Source: an uncultured archaeon (GTDB taxonomy: Archaea; Asgardarchaeota; Lokiarchaeia; Sigyniarchaeales; Promethearchaeaceae). From it: a stretch of DNA of 32,000 nucleotides. The translations under genes and the position numbers were made by a program. Positions 10,454 through 17,676 of this stretch are shown here, piece after piece. The notes beneath the pieces were generated by a model. It saw nothing but the letters and a program-made list of their open reading frames with translations, did not search any database and had not been told where the DNA came from. The first letter of the stretch is position 1. Each line of letters opens with the position of its first letter. The stretch is from positions 1-32,000 of the forward strand of contig CAYRPF010000016.1 of the NCBI GenBank assembly GCA_964426185.1, given 5' to 3'.

Positions 10454-10504
10454 GAAACTTTAATATATAGTAGTAACTTTAGTAACTTAAGCTTATTTTA
10501 CTAA
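10454..10504 (+). promoter_or_regulatory. BRE/TATA-like promoter followed by a 26-bp palindromic operator candidate
   Basis: GAAACTTTAATATA at 10454-10467; TTAGTAA-CT-TAAGCTTA-TT-TTACTAA at 10479-10504 (11 of 13 positions pair). Confidence 0.55.
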
Positions 10505-10525
10505 GTAAGATCCGAAGTGAAAATT

Positions 10526-11152
10526 ATGTCAGATGATTTAAAATCGGAGCTAGATCAAAAAATAATTTCGCAAGAAAGAAATGCAATATTGACAAAGGGA
10601 AGCTTTACTTCTCTTCAAGTTGCACTTGGCGCTTTAATGACTGCCCTGGAAACCGTTTCCACCATTCTCTTAAGCATTTACATCCCACAAACTAACGGAT
10701 ACTTCAATTTAGGGGATAGTGTAATTTTTATTACTGCTCTCCTCTTTGGTGCCTATATTGGTGGATTTACTGGAGCTTTCGGGGCGGGTTTAGCAGATGT
10801 CATTTTAGGATACTATATGTATGCCCCTATCACTTTCGTGGTGAAAGGATTAGAGGGTCTGGTTGTTGGCTGGATATATGAAAAATTCCGCACCAATCCT
10901 AACGGATTAAAAAAATTCAGTTTTAAACTATTGGCGATTATCTGTGGCGCGCCTTTCATGGTTGGGGGTTACTTTTTGGCTGAATTTTTTATTCTTAGTT
11001 ATGGTTGGGCAGCCGCAGCTGAATTAATTCCGAATTTACTCCAAGTTGGGTTAGGTGCAGTAATTGCCCTTCCAATTGTAAATTTGTTGGAATGTGTCCC
11101 TATAATTACCTCAATTCGGGAAAAACCAGTGGAAACGCCTGTTTCTTCTTAA
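10526..11152 (+). CDS. ECF transporter S component (HmpT/PdxU-like, possibly for vitamin B6)
   Basis: IPQTNGYFNLGDSVIFITALLFG, GAGLADVILGY and APITFVVKGLEG; about 6 TM segments; ATG at 10526 preferred over GTG at 10517. Confidence 0.8.
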   Translation: MSDDLKSELDQKIISQERNAILTKGSFTSLQVALGALMTALETVSTILLSIYIPQTNGYFNLGDSVIFITALLFGAYIGGFTGAFGAGLADVILGYYMYAPITFVVKGLEGLVVGWIYEKFRTNPNGLKKFSFKLLAIICGAPFMVGGYFLAEFFILSYGWAAAAELIPNLLQVGLGAVIALPIVNLLECVPIITSIREKPVETPVSS

Positions 11153-11276
11153 GGTGCAAGTAATTTTTTCAATTTTTTCTCTAATCTTTTAATTTACATT
11201 TTCAACTATTCGAAAATTTTTTGGGTAATTGATTTTATTAATAGTTAACTACTTACTGGCTTTGGAGAAATTAAAT

Positions 11277-12080
11277 ATGAATCGATTTGTTTTAGGCGGA
11301 AATTGGAAAATGCAGATTGTGGAAGTAGAGAGTGCAGTTAAGATTGCTAAAGAATTATCTTTCGCTTTAGATGATTTGAATTTGAAAAATGTGGAGGTTT
11401 TTATTGCTCCCTCTTATACTGCACTTTATGCAGTGGGACAAGCAATTAAAGGAACAAAGTTGAAGTTAGCAGGACAGAATATGTATTTCCGAGATAAAGG
11501 GGCCTTCACCGGCGAAATTTCACCTGATTCACTTTTAAATGCTGGATGTGAATATGTTATTTTGGGCCATAGTGAGCGTCGTCGAATATTTGGTGAAACT
11601 AACGCCCAAATTAACCAAAAGATGAAAAAAGCTTTAGAAAAAGGTTTAAAACCAGTGCTTTGTATCGGCGAAACTGCACAAGAACGCATGGATGGTAAAA
11701 TGGAAGAAGTAAATCGCATTCAATTGGAAGAATCTTTAGCTGATATTGCCCCGGAGCAGTTAAGCCAAATTGTGATTGCTTATGAACCAGTTTGGGCAAT
11801 AAATAATCCATTTCTAAATCCAAATGTGGAAATTAAAACTGCCACACCCGCACAAGCCGAGGATGCCCATAACTTTATTCGATCTTGGTTGAATAAAAAA
11901 TTTGGGGAAGAATACGCTAAAAATATCCCACTACAATATGGAGGTTCGATGAAGCCTGCAAATTGTAAAGGATTGTTAGAACTTCAAAATATTAATGGTG
12001 GTTTAATTGGCGGAGCATCTCTATCTGCAGAATATTTCATTCCGATTGTCAAATCTGCTATAGAATTAATTGATTTTTAA
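11277..12080 (+). CDS. tpiA: triosephosphate isomerase, bacterial/eukaryotic type
   Basis: GNWKM, GAFTGEIS, GHSERR, AYEPVWAI, YGGS and GGASL; ATG at 11277 with GGAGA upstream. Confidence 0.93.
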   Translation: MNRFVLGGNWKMQIVEVESAVKIAKELSFALDDLNLKNVEVFIAPSYTALYAVGQAIKGTKLKLAGQNMYFRDKGAFTGEISPDSLLNAGCEYVILGHSERRRIFGETNAQINQKMKKALEKGLKPVLCIGETAQERMDGKMEEVNRIQLEESLADIAPEQLSQIVIAYEPVWAINNPFLNPNVEIKTATPAQAEDAHNFIRSWLNKKFGEEYAKNIPLQYGGSMKPANCKGLLELQNINGGLIGGASLSAEYFIPIVKSAIELIDF

Positions 12081-12094
12081 TTTACTTAATTAAT

Positions 12095-12520
12095 TTATGT
12101 ATTTTCGATCGAAATTTGGCCTGATTTTTTCATTTTATATTTTATTCCTTTTATTACCACGAAGATTTCTTCTTCGCCTTGTTCATTTACATCCGCGCCG
12201 ATACAACCTCTATCGCGAAAAAGCATGGCATTCAATTGGGTGGCATTTAAATTATTAAAATTTAAGATTTCATTGGGTAATGGCTCTTTGTTATGTCGAA
12301 AATTCGATTGAATCCGGACGATATTGAATGATTGTCGGATCCGATGGGCCATTTCTTCTAATATATCATCGATATGTTTTTCCAAATGCTCAAGAGATTG
12401 CAATCCATACCCATCTGACCACACACTTTGCCGAGATCGATGTTTAGTGCGCGATATTGCATCAACCATTTGAATTAGTTCGTTGAACTTGAATAGTTCA
12501 AAATTTTTTTCTTGATTCAA
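12095..12520 (-). CDS. hypothetical protein
   Basis: 141 aa, TTG start preceded by GAGGGTG; no family recognised. Confidence 0.6.
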   Translation of the reverse strand: MNQEKNFELFKFNELIQMVDAISRTKHRSRQSVWSDGYGLQSLEHLEKHIDDILEEMAHRIRQSFNIVRIQSNFRHNKEPLPNEILNFNNLNATQLNAMLFRDRGCIGADVNEQGEEEIFVVIKGIKYKMKKSGQISIENT

Positions 12521-12614
12521 TTAAACACCCTCATGAATTCTACATATATTTCATTTTTTACTACCACATAATTGTTTACTAGTCCTATAAATTGTTTGGA
12601 TTTGATAATGTAAT

Positions 12615-14276
12615 TTAAGTATATTCTTTAAACATTTGAATGATTTCATCTGATATTTTTTCCAGCTTATCTTGCATTTCTGGTAAAAATACATCCATCT
12701 GCGATGCCAAATAATCAGAAAGAATTTGTCTTATCCGAAATTTCAACTCACGCTGTGAATCCTCATCGTATATAATATCCGGCATGTCGTTAACTTCTTT
12801 ATTTATATTGTAAGTTACTGTTTGCAGATATTGAGGAAAGGCTTTTTCCACCCGGGTAAAAAAATCACGGTTATTCTTGTATTTTTCTGGATTATCTCGA
12901 CGGTTGGCACGCGCATAAATATACAATTTCATGGCTGCTAAAAATTCATAGAAAAAAACGCGCGCTTCAAAATCATACTTTTCACAGAATTTCCAATACT
13001 CTTGAAAGAAATAACCCCTTTCCTTCTCTAAATTTTTGTATAACTTAAAAAAGAATAATGTCCAACCTAAATCTTGTGCTGGATCCGAATAACAACTCAT
13101 CTCCCAATCGATTAAGCCGGAAATTTTCGTCTCATTCACAATAATATTGCTGGGTCTAATGTCCCCATGAATAAAGGAATATCCTGTTAAATTTAACAAG
13201 GGCTTATGACCTTTAAACCATTTCCACAAGAATTTGATATCAGTATGAAATTCTTCATAAAGTTTCATTTCTTTGAAAGATTTGAGAACTTGCGCCACTT
13301 CGCTGAAAATATAATCCGAAAATATCATTCTGCGTGTGGATCTGGGATCTAAATAATATGATTGAAACTTGCGAGTGCGAATGTTGTGCAATTTTCCCAA
13401 TATGTGTGCTAAATCTGCCAAGAATTGTCGAGTTTGCTCCGGTGTGAAAGTATGAATTGTTTCTAGCACCGGCTGGCCTACTAATTTTTCTAAGATTAAG
13501 AAACGATAACCGAGCGGATCAGTGTTTTCTTCATAGAGATAAAACTTGGCTTTCGGGATATCTAATTTTTGAATTTTCTGCAAATTCTGGGATTCATTTT
13601 GGGCTTTAATCAAATTTTCATTGCGAGGATATACACGGAGAATAAATGGACGAATTTGTTTCTGTTCTTCCTTATCAAGGTATTCCACAATAAACTCGAA
13701 AACGGCGTTATTTAATCCAAATGCGAGTTCATTACAAGTTTTCATTTGGAGATATTTTTCACCAGGTGCCATTAAGTTTTGGCCGCGTTTACGAAACCAG
13801 ATGCGTTGCTGTAAATATTTTTCAATTCGTTTTCCCACCGCACGCGAATTTCGGAGCCCCAAATTCGTTCTAATATTTTGAAATACATTTTCATGGGGTA
13901 GTTCCTCGAGTATTAAGAAAGGATAGCCAATAAAATGGTCAGAAGTTTCGTACAGTACTTTTCCTAATGGATAGATCTGCAAACTTTTAATTTCTTTAAT
14001 TTGACGTAGATCAATGCCCATTTGATTATGTTTTTTAGCATTTAAGTATAGAATCAGTTTATATTTCCGGCTGGTTGGAATTTTATCGATGGTATTATAC
14101 GCCAGAATTAAGTCAAAGATGGCATTTTTGGCATTTTGTTCAATGATGGTTATTTGTTCTATATTCCGCCATTTTTCTCTGAAATGCAGAAATTTCTGCC
14201 ATCGGCTTCGCTTTTTAAAGTATTTAAATAGAGAGAGGCGCAACGATTCCACATCAATTTTCTCTTCCCTCTCCAT
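12615..14276 (-). CDS. APH/choline-kinase-like phosphotransferase with duplicated N-lobe
   Basis: HGDIRPSNI catalytic loop, LIDWE and DPAQDLG; two copies of GYxFLILExL. Confidence 0.8.
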   Translation of the reverse strand: MEREEKIDVESLRLSLFKYFKKRSRWQKFLHFREKWRNIEQITIIEQNAKNAIFDLILAYNTIDKIPTSRKYKLILYLNAKKHNQMGIDLRQIKEIKSLQIYPLGKVLYETSDHFIGYPFLILEELPHENVFQNIRTNLGLRNSRAVGKRIEKYLQQRIWFRKRGQNLMAPGEKYLQMKTCNELAFGLNNAVFEFIVEYLDKEEQKQIRPFILRVYPRNENLIKAQNESQNLQKIQKLDIPKAKFYLYEENTDPLGYRFLILEKLVGQPVLETIHTFTPEQTRQFLADLAHILGKLHNIRTRKFQSYYLDPRSTRRMIFSDYIFSEVAQVLKSFKEMKLYEEFHTDIKFLWKWFKGHKPLLNLTGYSFIHGDIRPSNIIVNETKISGLIDWEMSCYSDPAQDLGWTLFFFKLYKNLEKERGYFFQEYWKFCEKYDFEARVFFYEFLAAMKLYIYARANRRDNPEKYKNNRDFFTRVEKAFPQYLQTVTYNINKEVNDMPDIIYDEDSQRELKFRIRQILSDYLASQMDVFLPEMQDKLEKISDEIIQMFKEYT

Positions 14277-14316
14277 AACCTAATTAATATGATATTCTCC
14301 TTAAAAACTTGCGGTG

Positions 14317-15183
14317 CTATTTACGCTTCACGGTGGTGAATTTTACTTTTTTTTCTAAATCACGAAATATCCCAACTACTTGTTTATCATTAAAATCGGG
14401 TTCTAATGTTATAAATTTTTGATAATAGGCAAAGGCAGTCGGATACTCTTGTAAATTATAGCAGATCAAAGCTAGATTTTTCAAAGCAACGGGATTATTT
14501 TCATCCAAGCTTAATACCCGCTCCGCTATTTCTTTAGCTTCTTTAAAATTTCCCGTTCCAAATTCTAAAGCGGTAATTCGATTTAAAATTAATTTATTGT
14601 GAGGTTTTGTCCTTAAGGTTTGGCGGAGATGATAAATTGCCTTTTTATACTGCTGACTGAATTCATAGGCTAAGGAAATTGAGTAATGCGCCTCGGAATA
14701 TTCTTCATCCAATTCAAGTGCGCGCTTCAAACTATCAATAGCTTGGGTGTATTCATCAAGCTCAATATATGCATTTCCTAAATTATTCCACACCCGGGGA
14801 TCTTCTTCTTTTATTTGCAAAGCTAGTTTATAGCATTCAATCGCTTCATGATAGAGCACTTTTCCTTTTTTTTTCGCTAAAACTTGCATGGTCGAACCCA
14901 TATTTAAATACAACCCGTACATGATGCGGTCATATTCCACACCTTGAATTTGATGGGGAATCTCCCTAATTTTACGGTAATAGTTCAAACCTGTATCCAA
15001 ATCTCCCAACTGCACGTAGGTTAAACCGAGATGATAATACTTGAGAACTTCGAAATCCTTAGATTTTATATGATAAAAAAATGGAAGTGCTGCTTGATAT
15101 TCACCTTTACTGTATAATGACAGGCCCTTTTCAAAAATTTCTTTCTCCGATTTGCCTTCATATTCCTTTGGTAATGAGTTCAT
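14317..15183 (-). CDS. tetratricopeptide repeat protein
   Basis: Multiple TPRs (e.g. VWNNLGNAYIELDEYTQAIDSLKRALELDE); ATG at 15183 preferred over TTG at 15234. Confidence 0.85.
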   Translation of the reverse strand: MNSLPKEYEGKSEKEIFEKGLSLYSKGEYQAALPFFYHIKSKDFEVLKYYHLGLTYVQLGDLDTGLNYYRKIREIPHQIQGVEYDRIMYGLYLNMGSTMQVLAKKKGKVLYHEAIECYKLALQIKEEDPRVWNNLGNAYIELDEYTQAIDSLKRALELDEEYSEAHYSISLAYEFSQQYKKAIYHLRQTLRTKPHNKLILNRITALEFGTGNFKEAKEIAERVLSLDENNPVALKNLALICYNLQEYPTAFAYYQKFITLEPDFNDKQVVGIFRDLEKKVKFTTVKRK

Positions 15184-15254
15184 GTTGGTATTTCCTTTTA
15201 GATTTTCTACTCTTTTTTTAGAATTTTCATTCAAAACCTTTCAAATGGCGTTGC

Positions 15255-15296
15255 GTCCATACATCCCTTCAAATTTGATTTTTGGATGTATATCAT
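15255..15296 (-). promoter_or_regulatory. eukaryote-like SECIS element (3' UTR)
   Basis: Minus strand reads AUGA-U-AUACAUCC-AAAAA-UCAAAUUUGA-AG-GGAUGUAU-G-GA-C: UGAN/NGAN core, perfect 8-bp helix, unpaired A-run and apical mini-stem, just downstream of an ORF with in-frame UGA. Confidence 0.8.
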
Positions 15297-15319
15297 TCTA
15301 TGGGTTTTAGTGTTAAATT

Positions 15320-15655
15320 TCATTTTTTTTTACCACGCTTATTCGGAGGGGGAATTAAGAACAAATTCTGAAACGATGCCCAGCCACTTACCACCAACTT
15401 AGACTCATCCCACCATGACTCTAATGATTGCGCCATCAAAATGGGAACGGGAATTTCTGAATGTTTCTTTTCTCTTAAATCTGGTATGAATTGTTCGTGT
15501 ATAGTGGAGCGCGAAACTAAATTGGTTATGGCCACCTTAGTTTCTCCGCATCAGCCCTTATAGATACGTGGTATAATCAATATAACTGGATCATTTAGTT
15601 TGTGCATCCGCACCTTTTTTTTGATGAAATCCGATACTTCTGGTGATATTTCCAT
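15320..15655 (-). CDS. selenoprotein, 111 aa, G-U-C-G motif (HesB-like / CC-Se motif type)
   Basis: ATG at 15655 reads MEISPEVSDFIKKKVRMHKLNDPVILIIPRIYKG, then TGA (15553-15551), then CGETKV, continuing in frame into the track ORF 15320..15535; SECIS-like hairpin downstream. Confidence 0.8.
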
Positions 15656-15859
15656 ACACACTACCGAGTAACTTTAACCATTCCTAACCAAAAAATCTTG
15701 ATATCAAAGTAGTTAGATACCCAAACTGTTATTTTCCATAAATTTTTAATAAAAAAACATGGCAAAATATTTGCACAACCTTTATAAACTAACGAAAACT
15801 ATGGTTATTTAGAGTTGGAATTCCAACTGCACTCCCTAAACCCAACCTTGGTGAGAATC

Positions 15860-16285
15860 ATGGTAGACGATATGGAATTAGAACTTATCCGAAGAAAAAA
15901 AATAGAAGAGATGATGAAAATGAGTCAAAAAACCATCCCAAATGAAGTAATCAATATTGAATCAGTCGATCATTTCAATAAATTGGTAAATGATTACCAA
16001 GATAGCTTGATCATAGTAGATAATTGGGCAGAATGGTGTGGACCATGTAGAGCTTTTGCCCCAACCTATGATGCCCTTCAAAAAGAGTATCATGATAAAG
16101 ACGTGATATTTGCAAAGCTGAATGTTGATCACCATCAAGACATAGCTGCGCAATTCCAAGTGACGGGCATTCCGACAACTTTATTTATTCATAATAAGAA
16201 ATTAGTGCATCGACAGGTAGGAATGGCACCAAAGCCGCAATTTGCGCAGATCATTGATGCAGTTTTGAAGAAAATTAAGCAATAA
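15860..16285 (+). CDS. trxA: thioredoxin with archaeal N-terminal helical extension
   Basis: WAEWCGPC, AKLNVD and GIPT; ATG at 15860 with GGTGA ribosome-binding site. Confidence 0.92.
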   Translation: MVDDMELELIRRKKIEEMMKMSQKTIPNEVINIESVDHFNKLVNDYQDSLIIVDNWAEWCGPCRAFAPTYDALQKEYHDKDVIFAKLNVDHHQDIAAQFQVTGIPTTLFIHNKKLVHRQVGMAPKPQFAQIIDAVLKKIKQ

Positions 16286-16450
16286 GCAACAATCGATATT
16301 ACCTATAATTTGAGCAGAATCCCTTTTTTTTCAAATTCTATCAAATAGAGAATTTTACACCGATTCATTTGTTTGCACGCTACCTGCACTTAGCAAATTT
16401 TTTTAATTAAGAAAATCAGAAAATGAAAAGAAATTTTTAGGAAGATCGTT

Positions 16451-16879
16451 ATGGTTACCTTAGAAATCAAGATGAACGATAACCACGCCATGCACGAATT
16501 TGAGCAAATCCTACGTTCCGTATTCCACTTGACAAAAAAAGATGTCGAATGTTTCATGAAACTGCGTAAATTCGGGTCCGATGGAACATGTGTACAGAAT
16601 CTTACTAATCAAACCAATACCGATCGGAGCGTAGAACAAAAGAAACTTAACAAATTACGTGAACTTGGCTTGGTGACTCGTGTTCAGCTTACTTTGAGTC
16701 AATTTCAAGATCGATGTTCTCAAAATCAGCGGGAAGAATTAGCGCCTAGCACGAAAAAAGGGTATCTCTACGTTTACAGAACAATACCTGATTCGGAATT
16801 GTATGAAAAAATACAAAATACCACCACTGATTGGCTGAAAATTCTGAGAGACATATTTCTTTTAAGCGTTCAAGAGTAA
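16451..16879 (+). CDS. winged-HTH transcriptional regulator (TrmB-like N-terminal domain)
   Basis: FHLTKKDVECFMKL...DRSVEQKKLNKLRELGLVTR...KGYLYVY pattern. Confidence 0.7.
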   Translation: MVTLEIKMNDNHAMHEFEQILRSVFHLTKKDVECFMKLRKFGSDGTCVQNLTNQTNTDRSVEQKKLNKLRELGLVTRVQLTLSQFQDRCSQNQREELAPSTKKGYLYVYRTIPDSELYEKIQNTTTDWLKILRDIFLLSVQE

Positions 16880-16983
16880 CTAAAAAATTTGAGTCTCCAT
16901 AACCCAAATCATTTTAAGGTAAATGATCACAATATAAAGTATAGAGTTTTTGCACTAGTTAATAAAAAGGGATCGAATACACC

Positions 16984-17514
16984 ATGGTTGACTTCGTTTT
17001 AAAAATTGTACTATTAGGAGAAGGAGGGGTTGGAAAAACTTCTCTCGTTTACCGCTATATCGAAAATCGTTTCAGTCAAGATTTCAAATCTACGCTCGGA
17101 GTAAACCTCTTGAAAAAAAAAGTTGCCTTGGAAGATGAATTTGCTGGAAAATCCGCATCAATTCAACTATGGGACTTAGGAGGACAAAGTGCGTATCGAA
17201 AACTCCGAAAATTGTATTTAGAAGGTTCTCAAGGTGCACTGGTGGTATTCGACGTTACTTCACGTGAAAGCTTCGAGGCGCTTGAGGATTGGATTGAATC
17301 TTTGATAGAGATTCGTGGCAAGGAGGTTCCCATGATTATAATTGGAAATAAGATAGATTTGGAACCAGATCGCGTTATTAGCGATGAAGAAGCGCGTGAA
17401 TATGCGAAAAAATATAATACTGATGTGCTTTTTACTTCAGCTGCGACTGGTGAGAAAGTTGAAGATTCGTTTAAAGATTTAATTATGACAATTGTTCGAA
17501 AAATTTCGACCTAA
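16984..17514 (+). CDS. Rab-like small GTPase (Ras superfamily)
   Basis: G1 GEGGVGKT, G2 STLGV, G3 WDLGGQ, G4 NKID, G5 SAA; no C-terminal Cys prenylation motif. Confidence 0.92.
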   Translation: MVDFVLKIVLLGEGGVGKTSLVYRYIENRFSQDFKSTLGVNLLKKKVALEDEFAGKSASIQLWDLGGQSAYRKLRKLYLEGSQGALVVFDVTSRESFEALEDWIESLIEIRGKEVPMIIIGNKIDLEPDRVISDEEAREYAKKYNTDVLFTSAATGEKVEDSFKDLIMTIVRKIST

Positions 17515-17676
17515 GAATTATTTTTTTATTAATTTTGGGATATTCTTTTACACACATTGTTAGTAAATTAAAGTAATTTATGATTTCTCTCTAATCATGT
17601 ATATAACGAAAAGTGAATTAAGAGTCAGTTAAAAAAAAAGAATAAGAAAAGAAAAATGAAAATGCATTAAGGGCGG

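Noticed and set aside
15294-15322. Terminal TGA as a second Sec codon
   Set aside because: It is very close to the SECIS, has no redox motif context, and readthrough would add only 8 further codons before another TGA at the SECIS core
15320-15535. 71-aa GTG-start ORF as a stand-alone gene, or a nonsense pseudogene
   Set aside because: The frame is open to the ATG at 15655 apart from one TGA next to a Cys, and a SECIS-like element follows
15331-15573. Structured ncRNA (SRP RNA or RNase P RNA) suggested by the terminal TACCACG/CGTGGTA pairing and internal hairpins
   Set aside because: No SRP helix-8 or RNase P conserved-region motifs; the segment is better explained by the selenoprotein CDS
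6949-17514. A TRAPP-like plus Rab GTPase operon
   Set aside because: The genes are about 8 kb apart with unrelated genes and strand switches between them; small GTPases are common in these genomes, so proximity is weak evidence
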